From Diadema setosum (taxonomy: Eukaryota): a stretch of DNA of 64,000 nt. The notes beneath the pieces are model-generated. The model was not told where the DNA came from. It ran no database searches and saw nothing but the letters and a program-made list of their open reading frames with translations. The stretch is taken from assembly GCF_964275005.1 (NCBI RefSeq), contig NC_092698.1, positions 37,744,597 to 37,808,596 on the forward strand, written 5' to 3'. Shown here piece after piece: positions 14,072-28,633 of the stretch (position 1 is the stretch's first letter; each line of letters starts with the position of its first letter). Position numbers and translations under genes: made by a program.

Positions 14072-14864
14072 CCTAACATCTTTTATGAAATGGGGCCCTG
14101 GTTGTACATCATGTACATTCATCCATGACAAAATGAAAAGTAAATGGCTCCAATGTGACTGCAGTGAGTGGAGGGGGTACTCCATGAGCAAAGAAAATCT
14201 CTGTATCACAACTTTCTCATGAAAATACTGATACATGATGCAAGTTAATGGAAGACGTAAATGTCACACGGTTGTAGAGTGTACATGTGCATCTACACAC
14301 ATGCAAACATATAAGTCTGCATACAGATCATACATGTACATATAGACATACATGTGTATTTTGACTGAAAGTTAGATACATTCCATTGAAATTGTTGCTG
14401 ATGATAACAATATGTACATGAAATAAATAAAAACAACGATAATCATTATGTCTTCACATTGTATGCCTACACACATAAAAAAAAATATAACAATGACAAC
14501 AAACACATTATGAATGCCTATAGGTGCATACAGTATGACAAACATGGTGATACTGTAGTTAAAACTGCCTTGGTTTCAGCTGCAAAAGCTACATTGTAAC
14601 TTGAAAAGACAATGCTCTCAATTCTTTGAGAAGGGCACTTCTACAATGTGCATGTGGACAATCTACACAGTGCAATCCATGCTAAAAATAAAATTTGTTA
14701 TTTTGTGGTGAGCTATCAACATGCAGACATGTGCTCTACAGGACATACAAAACAAGATAAAACAAAAATCACCAGTACATGTATGACGGCTTATTAAATC
14801 CAACTTGATTCCCAACAGTCTGCTGCTTCTGTCTTCTCACTTCTACCAAGTTCTATCCTTTAAA

Positions 14865-15411
14865 GGACAAGTTCACCTTCATAAACATAAGGATTGAGAG
14901 AATGCAGCAATATTAGTAGAACACATCAGTGCAAGTTTCAGGAAAATTGGACGATCGATGCAAAAGTTATGAATTTTTTAAATTTTTGTGTTGGAACCGC
15001 TGGATGAGGAGACTACTAAGGCTCATGATGTCATATGAGTACAACAGTGTAGAGAAAATTCAACATATTTTCACATTTTTTGTATAATAAAAGAGCACTT
15101 GACTTGCCTCTTTCTAAAGACAATGGGAATGGTATTACCCATAACATATGTCAGTAACGAGTCAAGGGAATGTGTACTTTTTTCAAAAGATGAAATTTTG
15201 TGAAATTCTCTTTATATTTTCCTTATATTGTTGTACGCATGTGACATCATACACTCCAGTAGTCTTCTCATCCAGCGGTGACTGCACAAAAACTTTAAAA
15301 ATTCATAACTTTAGAACGGATTGTCCGATTTTCCTCAAACTTTCAATGATGAGTTCTACTAATATTGCTACATTCTCTCAATCCTGATGTTAATGAAGGT
15401 GAACTTGTCCT
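14865..15411. mobile_element. Foldback (hairpin) MITE of 547 bp with about 65-bp near-identical terminal inverted repeats (AGGACAAGTTCACCTTCAT...) and internal arms that are also inverted. It is flanked by TTAA on both sides.
   Basis: The left end is TTAA (14861-14864) followed by aggacaagttcacc. The right end is ggtgaacttgtcct followed by TTAA (15412-15415). The arms 14865-14930 and 15347-15411 are reverse complements with 3-4 mismatches, and the interior is also palindromic around 15060-15230. Confidence 0.7.
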
Positions 15412-18400
15412 TTAACTGCAATTGTATCTCACCATGGGGCATGAGAACAGTTCCAAGTATACAACATGAACATCACCGACAAGATCCAGACTGACATGAC
15501 TAAAAACAATGCAGGTCACTCCAGTGGGTATATTCCCAGTCAGAGACAAACTTTTGAACTCCACCCCATGGGGTGAACAGAAGTCACTGGTATTGTAATC
15601 GGCACAAAGAGAGAGGGGCTTCACAGTTTATCGCCCACACTGTTTATTGACTCAGACTTTCATGGACGATGACAATCTCTGCACAAAACAGAAAAACAAT
15701 AACAGAAAACAGAAATAAGACGACGGACACCATTCAAATTCCTCCTTGCTTGAAATCTCACCAAGGATTACCGGTAAGCACCCCTGAATCTTACATCATG
15801 ACGGCTATCACGTGTCATTTATTTGGTTTGTTTGTTTGTTCTCGCTCATCACAGAGTAAAAAAAGAAATCCCTGGAAATGGATTCCTTCACAGACAAGAC
15901 ATAGACAATATCGGCATGCCCATCCCTACCTCATATAAGATCTTAAACTCCATGCTCTTTCCTCACACAAACAATTTCTGATATCACTGCACAGTTGCAG
16001 TAAAACCAGAAACATTCACAGCATCAGATTTTCGTGAATTGGAGCCAACCGCCTTTTTGTGGCATGAAACTTTCGTGAATTGCTACTGGCATTCAATGCA
16101 TTGTGTAGACAAGAACTTCTGCCTGCATTTTAAATTTTTACTTTCACAAATTCTTGGCTCCTCACAAAATTTGCAAAAGTTTCATGCATGCAAAAACTTC
16201 TGGTTTTACAGTATCTAGCAACAAGTGTGTTTCCGAGTTTACCTTGCAACCGGTGTCTAACTCCTTGTGGAAGATAGCTCAAATTTCATAACAAAGATTT
16301 TATGTCTCACATCAGCTTCAGAGAGGCATAGGAATCACAAAGCATCAATAGCACAGTGACAGAAACACCACTTCAGTACTGTCTCATCAAACCAGTAGGC
16401 ATTCCAGTGTCTTCGTCCAGTTCATCCTTTACCAAGCTCTCTAACTTAACATCAGCTGAGCAAATGAATCAGTGCCTCCTGCTTCCAATCAGCCAGAGCT
16501 CATGCTCACAACTCTGGCATTCCCCTCCCCTCATCTCATTATACAAAGTAGAGTTCCAGGTTCGTATGTGGGGTTAGCTGCCCACGACTGAAATCAGCCC
16601 ACAGCATGAGTAGTTTGCCATACATGGCGCAAGAGCAGGGCGCTGGATTGGAGAGTGACGCCCATTTCAGCCGTGAGTTTCAATGAACCTGTGACATCGA
16701 CTGCCCTCGCCAACAACTTGACTTGACAGTGAGCAAGAGAACAGGCAGTCACTTTCCCCAAACTTTCACTGGGCCATGGGGGGGGGGGGGGGGGGGCAGG
16801 AGGGGGCCAAGCAGCTGTCTGCTGCTCTGGTGGGTGAGATCTGATTGATGATAAACTCCTCATAGCAGGCCAAGGGTGAGGTACTGACTTACAGAAGAAA
16901 GGGTCCTTGATTACCTGTCTATTCAAAGTTGAAGCTGTTTTCCTACATAGTCCCAAAGATTTGTGCATCTTGTGTACATATGTACATTAGGAAAATGCTT
17001 ACTCTAAAAGACTCTAAACTTTTAATGAAAGATGGATGAGCCAAAATAATTCACTATTCATGTTTCTTTTTTCCTTCGAAAATATTACAGCAGTAATTCT
17101 ACCAAAAGATGGAGTTTACTTTCCACCTCCCTGCACTTACATAAAATGATAATTGCATATGTTGATCATGAAACACCATTGTGCACTAAGCCAGCATTCT
17201 AAAATTATAGTGATTGATCAGGCTCATTAATTACGCCATAGGCCTAAAAGAAAACTACCTCACTGCAATCTTTGTATTATTTTCTGTCTCCTTCTGTTTC
17301 CCCCTCTTTGCTTTTCTCTACTATTCTTGAGGTCAAGGGGAGGGTTTTCTGTTGAATTCCTCCAAAATCTTACTAAATTAAGGCAAACTGTTCCAAGTTT
17401 TCAAAAAAAGTCTGAAATTAGACTATTTCTAAATAGAGGGGCCAAAATTTCAGCCAGTCAACTTGGACAAGAAAAATTGTTTACCGGTAAACCAGCCAAG
17501 GGAGGTGATGTATTAGTCACAGACTGACAATGGAGACCTCACTGTGACCTTTTACCTGAGGTGACCCCAGACCTAAATCACTTTTCTACCCAGGTTTGTT
17601 TATTGGGGGCACCAGTGTCAGCAGCAATCATGGTATCAGCTTTCACCTGGCTACCCTCCCCCATATCCCATCCAGCCCCACCCCACCAGAAATAATAACA
17701 AACCAATCACTTCACTTATAGCTCTCCATCCATTTATTGCCTCTCCCTGAAAGATGGCCCAACCCATGGAGGCACAATGTACATTTTCTTTGGTCTCCTC
17801 ACCCAACCCTCTGCCTGTCTGGTTGTGAGCAGGAGGTCTCTCTCTTCCACCTCCCTGTTGTGAGCAAATATTCATGTACAATGTACACTAACTAGTACAG
17901 TCAAAACAAATTATCCAGGAAGGTGGCATGGTTTGAAATCAAAATGCAATGTCTAACAATGTTTCCAGTTAAAAAAAAAAAAAAAAAGCTACCACGCTAT
18001 CCAAGTTTCTGATATTGAGGTGTATGAAGTTCACAGTTAGGGTTGGACACGAATGCTACATGTATATGTAAATGTATCAAAAAGAGTGAACATCTGTGTC
18101 CTGAGTAAACAGGTTTACTGTACTCAATATTCCCCATTATAGGCAGTAGTGGAAGAACACACCATTCATTGACTGAATTATTACCACGAAGTAGAATATG
18201 ATTTCTCATACAAAATGTGACAGCATGATTTAAAAAACTTTTGTATGTTAGAGTGCTTTTCATTTTTTCTGTCATATATAATACATTTGAGCATCATTAG
18301 ACAGATCAGTCAGTATGTAGGCCTACAATGTTGTACATTGTAAAATTTAGTTGGACAATTCTCTTAACAAGTTGAAGACGAGTCCTGAGTATACTCGGGC

Positions 18401-21400
18401 AAGTGTCTATGGGAAGTGTGTGTTGTAACAAAATCAGCCCTTCTTCAATGGGTTAAATTAAATTGAACCATCACATTGTCAAAAAGAATCTGTGACACTA
18501 CATGTGAGAATCCACCCAATCCTATGCACTGAGAATATAGATAGATCAGCAATAGACTACGGCAGATGATAACTGGCGGGAAAAGCAAACAATGATGTAT
18601 TGTGCGACTACAGCTTGTTGTTCCTCCGTGAGTGGGTCACAATTAGAAATGACAACATTTCCACTCAACCAAATCCGGTACACCCTAATTTGAACCGCTT
18701 GAGAGTAATGTGAACTGTTGCGTTTCAATGAACCAAATTTGGTGGCACCGTGCTCTGAACTTTAAACTCCCTTCCCACATTATATCGTGAATCATCGGAG
18801 CAAAACTGTGTGCGTGTATTTTTTTAACCATTTATAATATTGTGGATGCCCAGTGGAAGATGACTGCAAAACTCCACCCTTATTACTAAAACATTTTTTA
18901 CATGCATCTGGAATTTCAGTCTGTTCATTATCTTTGAGAAAAAATCTGTAATGTTTAATATGGTGCAGGTTGGACAAGTAGTTCTGCCATCTGAATTACA
19001 GCAACATTCACACAGCTACACTGTATGATGAAGCACAAAAAAAAAAGGTCAACTCCCATCGTGAAAAGACATGGGCATGTTGTGGCATGTTGCCTTTTAT
19101 CATTGGCACTTTTTTGATATCTCAGCCATTTGAAAACCAATTTTCATCAAATAAACGTTGAATCCTTCTTAGAATTACATGCTCTTTCATATTTCATAAG
19201 AGGCTTTTCATTAATACTCACTTAGAAATGTTCAAAACATGAATCCCCACCTCAACCAGTACTGTACAGTCCCATTAACATGGCCTCTCCAATTAAGCAG
19301 TTATCTTTAACATATATTGTACATCACAGAGAGGGAGAAGGAAAATGGTGGAAGAGGAAATAAAAGTTTTTAATAATTGGCATTATGCATATCACTGCCC
19401 ACCACATACACCAAACAATGGCCTATAGACATTGCATTGTCTGCAGGTGGAATGTACTGTAAATGAAACATGGGTGTAACCTCTTTATGCAATAATGGGC
19501 CATGTCTACCACACAGCTGACCTGCTGAGTCTTTGTGTGACATTGATGAACAGTACAAATATCGATATTCAATCTGCATGAATCTCCCCATGGAGTTTTT
19601 GAGTCGTTTAATGACACCATAAATCTACATGTAGTGTACAGTGTACATGTACTTTGAGATTACGGCAAGTTACTGTACTGTACATGTACATGTAGGCCTA
19701 CATATCAAACCAAGACTGCATTCACCTTTAAAATTTTCTTGTTATCCAAGAATGCCAAATTTGATAAACCTGCCGACAAAAGGCATTGCACAATCAATAA
19801 AACATTTCCTAAGAGGTCAACGTACTTACGCGTGTACATCTGACAGCTGTAGTTTGAACTTGCAAGTAGTAAAGAGTATCAAAGCCTGTTGTAACAGATG
19901 AAGATTTGATAGCCAGCAACACACTTAGCTTTGTATTTAAATGACATCACTCCACAGCTAAAAGTGCTCAAACTGCCACTGACCACCATACCTGGCCACA
20001 ACTAGTAAAGCATTCACACTCTGAGGGTCACACAGTACAATTTTATCATTACATCATACACTTGTACTTTTCCACTTAAGTCCTGCCCCCATCTTAAAAT
20101 CAACTTGGGAAAACCTGATTCTCCGCAGGTCCGATAATTCCCCTTCAGTCCCACAATAGCAATCTGACTTTGTACCAAAATCTACAGTAAACAATGCATG
20201 GAATTCTCTTGAGAAAGCAAAGCTGGCGAAATCCCTGATTCGAAGTAATCACTTAATAAAGGACTTTTGACAAGGAAACATGGACCTTAAATCTACTATT
20301 TTGTCACCAATGAACAAAGAAAAGAAGTGTATATACGTACTGCTAACCCCGCCCCCGTCCACCAAGGTTCTTTCCCTTTTGGCTCCCATCAAGTACCGGT
20401 AGTCGACTTTGATCTTTGGAGTATTAACCGTTATCAATTGGATCATTAACATTCAGCCTTCCTTTGCAAAGATTCCTCTCATCGCAAATTTTCCCATGAA
20501 AGATAAATGTGCACATATTTGAAATTTGATTTTTTTTTTTCCCAAAAATATTCAGCTCATGAAAAATTAACCTGGGAAGGGGAAAATGCCTTCTTGTGTT
20601 CCTTGGTACATTAAACACCAAATCGTCAATTTGCACAAAAGCAACTACTGCTGTTCATATTGGTTGTTGTTGCTGGGCAAAATCTGAATGCAAACACACA
20701 TGGTTTGTTATAGACAGAAGTCTGTTCATGTCTTGGAAAAGTTTGGTGGTACTACTGTAGCAATCATTCGAGAGAGATAGAGAGAGAGAGACCGCATCTA
20801 TTCTCAGGCTTTCAGGACAAATATTTGATCTCCTGCTAGGCTCTATTATAGACAGATTGCATCAGTTTGAGTCATGGTGATCAGCATTTGTTTCATGGAA
20901 ACCAAGCTTTGCATGACATGTCTAGCTATAACCTGGGATTATCTTGAACACAACCTTTGGACTGGGGCATGTGGTTTGAAATGGTGAAGGGTTTACATTA
21001 AAAACAAAGCAAAATTGTGGTGTACATGTACAATTGTAGGACCCTACATCCCGGTCAAACACTTAACTCCCCAACCCGGTCAGAGTTCACCTGTACATAG
21101 CTGCATTAATTTATAATTTAGCTAATTGATCAAAATAACCATACAATGTGCATTTGGACAGTGTACAAAAAGGTACACTGTAGCACAACTTAACATCACA
21201 ATTAGTGTACTGTACATGCAGGTACTGTATAATGTATGCCACCAGGCCTTGTTTACCATCCCCCTTTGTGTGTGTGTGTGTGTGTTCTCATTAAGATCAC
21301 AATGCAACAATTAGTCTTCAGTAAGCTCATTTTTTTTTTTTTTTTTTTTTTTTTTGTATAAAACAGGTACTTACAGAGCTGTACTGCAATCCAAGTCAAC

Positions 21401-22822
21401 TGATCCTACAGTTACATACATAATAAAATGCATGTTTGGAAACTGAATGCAGATGTTATTTAAAGACATGGCTGATAGTACAGACAGTGTCTCCAATTTC
21501 AAAAACCAACTACAATATATGCACCTTAGTAAACACAGGCTGATATGCTACCAGTTTGACATCCCATCTTGTCTGTGTACAAATTTAAATATCTTTCATA
21601 AAACTTATCCTTATCAAAGCTGCAATAACGAGTCTTACAAGATCCCATGTCCTGTTATAAGCAAATACATATGATCCAAAGACTAGGAAGATATTATTGT
21701 TAATCTGATGATTTTTTTTTTTTTCAATCTTGATTAACAAAGGTATGCAGCAAGCATAACAAACTTTTCAAATACATGAAATCTTGCATATCTGTTATAC
21801 AGATATCATATCTCAAGCTTTCAACGTCTATCTATTTTTATAAAACATTTTGGATTCGAGAGTAGCTCCCATTTTTGTATTTGCCTGGTAATTATCTGAA
21901 GAATGGGAGGGAGTGTGGAGGGGAATGTATAAATGTATTCATGTTTATTTTGATGACTCATGAATTACTACATTGCTCTGGTCCTTTTTTTTTTTCTCCT
22001 CCATGACGAATGCAAATAGTGCTGTGGAATAACACAAACAAACACGCCTACAACAAAATGTGAGAAATATTGCGCAATCTTGTAAAGGTGAGTAGCATAA
22101 TCTGTAGCATTACTCTGCATTTAAACTTCATAAACATCAGTGGTTTACTCTTTAGATGTACACTATTGTAACTGTACAGTCTAGAATGAACAATAAAAGA
22201 TGCCGAAAAACTATGATATGACTTTAAAGCATGTTCCCAGTATTACTTTTGTTTTTATTGGGAGAGGGGTCTACATGTACTTACTGTAAGTTCCTTGGTT
22301 GCATTGTTCTAATCCTTGTTTTTTATTAAAAACTAATCACAGATATCTTCACATCAAAACAAGTAATTACAATGAAATACATTTGTACCCTGCCTTGTTT
22401 TGTTGTGTGTTTGTATTAGCAGTTGAATTGATATATCAATAACACTGTATAACATTCTGTGTCAAATAAAACAGAATGGATTACTCTGCTTGACTCAAAT
22501 ATCTTACTTTGAACTTTGAACATGGCTGATACCAGCAAAAACAGACAGTCAGAGACAACAATCTAAATTTTTATGATTACATTAACAGCAAACTATCACA
22601 AACATGATGTCGACAAAAAAAAAAAAACAAAAAAAAACAAACACACACATAAAAACAGGAGACCACAATTCTTGGGCAAACACAATCTCAAAAGGTCTGT
22701 TTGCAATGTGAGATAACCGATCAACTAGAAATATGTCAGGCCTACATGTCTGGCAAATTGCATGTTCTGACACATATCATTCTTATCAATACATTTTCCC
22801 TATAGAGCAACTTAGGGGGGGG

Positions 22823-23075
22823 GGGGGGGTTGCTGTGGCATATTAAGACTCCTGACTCCCAATCCAAGGACCCGAGTTTCGAATCCTGTCCAGTGCTTAC
22901 AGTCTTCGAAGTGGACAAGATGCTTTTTCCTACCATGTCCCCCTCGACCCAGGTGTATGAAATGGGTACCTGGCAACGTTAGGGTATACTAATGGCAGGG
23001 CTTTCTGGTAGAGCAGTGGCAACACTAGAGAGGCTACCCTGGGTAAATAAGACCTTATTATTATCATTATCAAAT
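22823..23075 (+). mobile_element. tRNA-derived SINE, family 1. It has a tRNA-like head (gtggcatattaagac...gacccgagtttcgaatcc), a body, and a (TTA)n-like tail.
   Basis: The head shows A-box and B-box-like motifs. The body and tail (ccctgggtaaataagaccttattattatc) match the reverse complement of 62950-63300. Confidence 0.55.
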
Positions 23076-24587
23076 GTACATGTTTACAATGTACAATAAC
23101 CACAATGAAAATACATGCAAAAAAACAACAACAACAACAACAACAAACAAACAAAACATGCATTTCCCTGTTAAAGGGTAAGCAGATTTTCAAGCATTAC
23201 ACAATGACAAGAGCTATCCTTTGGGACTACAGATAGAAACAAATCAGCAAGGGTTTATATCAAAGCACCTTACCTCTACACAGAATGAAAATAATGTGTC
23301 ATCTGAGAAGTCAGTGTTATTTAATATCTATTGTACAAAGTCTGTATGTTTTGAAGGAAGACACACAGAAACAACATTATGCTTTACTTGGAATACAAGA
23401 ATTGTTTTAACCACAGTAAAAAACAAACAAACAAACAAACAAACCAACATTTGTTATGCCAAACAGTATTTGATTTGGTACAAACTAATAATTGAAGGCA
23501 GTCATTTCATGAGTACGAACATTACGGGAAACGTGTTTACAGCAGGGTCTATAATTTTATCCAGTGTATTCAAAGTAGTTATGACTCCTGCACACAATGA
23601 GCGTACCTTGAGTATGATAGTCTGTAAGACTGATAAAATTGGCACATTGTATGCAAGATAACGACAACGGAACAAACATTGAATAAAATTCCTACTGATT
23701 AGAAAGCTGTGAAATGCAATCCTCAAACACTGCTTAATCCATGTACCAGGAAGCTGCGTGTAACTCAATTCAGCTCCGAAAGTTACAAACAACTTAAGAA
23801 TCCTGAGGGGTGAAAAACAACTCTGCACTTTCTATTGTGTTTTATGAAAGCAGCCCACGCCTCTCTGAGGCCCAAGCTGAAGTCCAGGCATTCTACATGT
23901 ATGGGTCAAGATCCCACGGTCACAAAGCTCCATTCATCTTCTGGACTCTTCCTCCATTCTGGTTTTATTTTTGCATAAGTCTTTACTTTATAATGGCCCA
24001 ACTTTCATTTGTTTTGTTGTTGTTTTTTCATACAATATAATAATAACTTTGGTTGTTCATTTTTCATTGACATGAATGCAAAATTCCTTTTTTTGAGGTA
24101 AACTTTGCATGAAAAAGTCACACACAAAAGAAAAGCAAGCAATAAAAAAAACAAAAACAGATGGTATCACTAGGACGACCTTGATTTCTATCATCATCAA
24201 AACAAATCTTTTCAAGACATGACATCCACCAAAATATTCACCAGTATTGCACAATTTAACAGTTTTGTCATGGAGTGCTAAAATAAATATTCATATCACA
24301 CTTTGGCAATGCCAAATAGCAGTGTCTGTTTGCAACACAGAGGGCCTATAGTGTACCCTACCCTGCAGCTCCCCTCCCCAGCAAGTTTAATTGCTGTCAA
24401 CATCCTGTAATCATTGTTATCAGTAGCAAGTTACTTATCTCTTTTTATTAATGGATTCTCAGCACTAGCGACAGGTCTTTTCATAAAGATAATTCCGCAG
24501 TTACATTCTGTACGTGTAGTAGTACAGTAGTTTGCTGTCTGTGGAAGAAGTGGTCTCCAGACTCCCCCCCCCCAAAAAAAAAAAAAA

Positions 24588-24620
<33 letters not shown>

Positions 24621-25714
24621 AAACAAACCAAAAAACAAAACAAAACTGCACATTCAGTTTTCAATTTCACCATCATATTCCCCCTTAAAGGCATCAATGT
24701 ACATATAAACATAGACTCAACACAAATTATGAAAGCAGATTTAAATCATTATTTTTGTAGCATTTTCATGAGTACATTGAACATGCAAAAGATGATCAAG
24801 AGTAAAAATACAATTTTGTTCAGTCATTAGTACTATTCAGGAGGGTCATGAAGACGATTTGTCTGAGCCTTGACAGATACATTGTACTCATTGACAAGGT
24901 ATGCCAAAAGCTGGAGTGATCAATCATTAAATATTAATTCTTTGATTTTGATAACACTCCAAACTGCAGAGAGACTACATGTATGCATGTAGAGGTTAAA
25001 ACACTACACTCTAGGCCTTTCGAGTCCTACCTCTAGGCTGACTTTGACAAAGCGGCAGAATTCTGTGTTTGAACAGGGAGGTGAGACAACAGCACAATAC
25101 AGGGTGAGCCCTGCACCAACCACTACAGCCTCTTCATTGGGTTCTGGTCAGACATTGTGTATGTTTGTTTGCTGTCTGCTGCACACACCCCTCACAAAGA
25201 GCTGTCAATCATTGCAGAGGAGTGGAGGCTGGAGTGGAGGCTATCAGTTTCAGATCACTACACACACCAATGTTCCTGCTGTGCTCAAGTGCCTTGTAAT
25301 TGTTTATATTTCATCAACAAAGCTGTCACATTTTCATATGAAACAATGGAGTGATATCTTGACACTTTATTACTATGGTGTTTTATGGAACAAGTAATCA
25401 AGCTTTCATGAAATTGACTGGCAAATTACCTACAGTAACAGAAAATTAGAAAAGCAATGATTTCAACTCACAAGGTATCCCTACAGAACAAAGTTTAAAA
25501 CTACCAATTACCATCAAATTTGCACTAGACCACCGTACCTCTGCAATTTTAACTATCTTGTCAATAAGGGCATTGTCAAAATTTCAGACAAAGTGGTTCC
25601 TATGCATGTGTGTTGACTTCCCAAAGACCACACTTTACTACAGAAAACCAGGGATGCCAAGTTCAAAAAAATTTTATGAGTGAGATTTTCATGACTCGGC
25701 ATCTCGGCATGTGA

Positions 25715-25830
25715 ATGTGTGCGCGAGCGAGGGTGTGGGAGGGGTTTTTCCCCCTTGTGGCCTCCCACGGTAGGGAGCTTTTTCAATTTTTAGCTCTTAA
25801 TGGTGCGATCAGGTGCATACTTAAGAGACT
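25715..25830 (+). repeat. Solo partial copy of the roughly 270-bp unit found in the 59.5-61.7 kb tandem array (gagcgagggtgtgggaggggtttttcccccttgtggcctcccacgg...).
   Basis: Similar by eye to the array unit; includes the gggagggg..cccctccc palindromic core. Confidence 0.4.
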
Positions 25831-27431
25831 ATTTTTTACTTATTTTGAAAGACAAAAGGGAAATATACCTTCATTTGCAACTATCACTTTAATCTTTTGA
25901 GCTATGCTCATTATTATAGGCCCAAGTTGCAGACTTCGCCGGATGCGGGAGAAAAATGGGTGCCATGCGTGAGATCGTGAGATGGCCCCTAAATGCTTGA
26001 GTCTCACGCAGAATGCGTGAGACTTGGTAGCTCTGGAAAACTGTGTGATACTCTGAGATGGTTTCTTCTCTTTCTTTGTACCACGGTATATGTACATGTA
26101 TGTATCCAGGTTTTACCTGGTGATCCTGTCTGCAGATTGAGTTGTCAGCAACCTTTTGCCCCAACATGACCAGTATCATTCCAAGTTATTGAGGACAGAT
26201 TGAGGACAGCTACACTTTAATAGGCCTATTCGTTTTGCCTTTTGACCATCAGATGGTAGGGCAACTGTCTGAGCAAAGTCAAGCTCACAAATCAATAGAG
26301 ATAATGTCAACACCGCACTAATTCTGGCAAACAAACTAGTGAATTCTCTCTCATACAGTCTGCAGTGAACACATGCTCCTCTTGGAAACCACACACAGTG
26401 TACATTAATAGACACAGTCACAACACAGTGTTGCCTACTTGGTAGCAATATCATATACATCACATACACCTGTACACTATGTATTGTGCAGGGTTTTTAT
26501 TTTTGCAAATTTAGCAAGTACATTGTAGGGGGAGCTGTAAAAAAAAAAAATGAACAACAACATGCATATTTTCACTTTTACAAAATTTCATGTCCTGAAT
26601 CCCAATTGAAAATGGCATGGAATTAACTATAAACCCTTCAGTGCAATGTTGATCTTTTTATTGACTTCCATTTTGTACATTTCCTGGTGCTGCCAGGGTG
26701 TAGGTCTACAAATTTCAGTGCGACACACTTGGGAAAGCATAAAGCTCTGAACATTGCACTGACAAGAATCAGGATGTTCATGTAGGCCTACACTTGAGAC
26801 AGATTGATTCAGGTCAAAATAACTGATGCCAGGGAGGTGAGTGGTTTCCCCTCACCTCCCTGCTGATGCTAAGGACAACAGTGACACATTAGATTCTCTT
26901 TGTTCTGAAGGAAGTAGCTCTACAAACAGGACCTCGACAGAAGAGTTTAAAGGTGAAAGTACGGAAAGATATTGACTTTATGTAAGGAGCTTACCAAGAA
27001 GAGGCAGAATGAACTCCCAGATATTAATACCTACTGAGATGATCTGACATCACTACTGGAGATTTTCTGTGAAACCATGATGGGATGGCCTGCATGCTGT
27101 GTACACCATACTGACAACTGATGAAAAACACAGCATCAGATTGAATCCCAGCTACCACCAAAATATTTGGCTTTCACCCCCAGTTCTCTCCATCCCCTTT
27201 CTTCTGAACTGGAATATGAAAAGGCCACTGAGCTCTAAATCTGCTCAAGAAGGGAAGAGTGTTGAGGATTGAGGGGGAGGGAAGGGGAGGGGAGAGAAAG
27301 GGGATGACTCAGGGTACTGGCATTTCCACAACAGTAGCTGTTGTCTGCTTACTTGTTAGGGGAGCCTACCTGCCATGAAGCCATCTAACGATTCACATAA
27401 AAAAAAAAAAACAACATTTACAACAACACAA

Positions 27432-27454
27432 ATACACACACACACCTGCACACG

Positions 27455-27536
<82 letters not shown>
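27432..27536. repeat. (CA)n microsatellite of about 50 repeats.
   Basis: Read directly. ORFs 27375..27569 and 27418..27621 are artefacts of the repeat. Confidence 0.95.
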
Positions 27537-27540
<4 letters not shown>

Positions 27541-28599
27541 AAATCTATAAACCACATTGGTCAGGATGATCCTAAGCAGTGGTTTGGTGTCCCTGGGGTT
27601 CACTATTTCTGGCACTACCACTCAGAATCTAGTTGGGGATATTGCAGTTGATTTTGTTTGAAAAGATGTTCTCCCCCATCCCCATCCCCTCCCCTCCCCC
27701 AACCCCCATGAGGTGTCTGGGAGAGGTCAGTGTCAAAGTAATCTCTCACAAACATCTCTGCTCCGAAGGCTGCTGCATGCGGCTTAACTTGTTTTTGTCA
27801 CCAAAGTTGGCTGGACCATCCATCCTTACATCCTGTGGTCTCACTCTAGGTTTACTGAGTATTCAACACGACAAGTTTCCGTTCCCTTTGTCAAAAGTTC
27901 TCAGTATTTCTCTCCGTCTTTCCGGCAAATCAAAAGAAATGGTTGACAGCTTCTTGAGTTCTGCATAAATACAGCTTTCCGTTCAAGCAGATAGTAATGG
28001 TTAAAATTATTGGAAATAAACTGCTCGTTTACAGCATTAAAACACACACACACACACACACATGACTCTATTTTCAGTAGAAAAAAGACTTCATGGCCTC
28101 ATGGCCTCAAAATTTCAGAGCTGAAGGCATAATATGCATGTGTGGACACACAAGATTCAAGTCATTGGTTTTATGCTGTTGAATCAACACGTGCAAGAAA
28201 GTTGTAAACTACAGTATGTACAATTGTAAGTGTTTTGAACTTGAAAGTAAGAATTGTATATAAACATAAATTTGATCATAACATCAAATGAATAGAAAGC
28301 TTTATGACCTGAACTTAACCTGTTGAGGATGGGCTGATTTTGCTACAACACACATTTCCCATAGACATCTGCTTGAGCATACTCGAGACTCATCTTCAAC
28401 GGGTTAATAACAAGAAAATGACACAAAATAGGAGACAGTGTATGCATTCCATAATAAAATCCTGTCACTACAAACAAAATTTGAGATATCTACTCTTATA
28501 TTCAAAAGATTTGAAGCACAGTGGTGGTTCACAAATAGGCCTACAGCTTCCTTTTGTTTTTATTTGCTCTGTGATGTTGAATGAAAGCTACTGAGGAAA

Positions 28600-28633
<34 letters not shown>

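Noticed and set aside
16000-16215. Possible small MITE with gtaaaaccagaa/ttctggttttac ends and internal (gcatgaaacttt)/(aaagtttcatgc) inverted repeats.
   Set aside because: The arms match only over about 12 bp with degenerate interiors. This is too weak to call without genome-wide copies.
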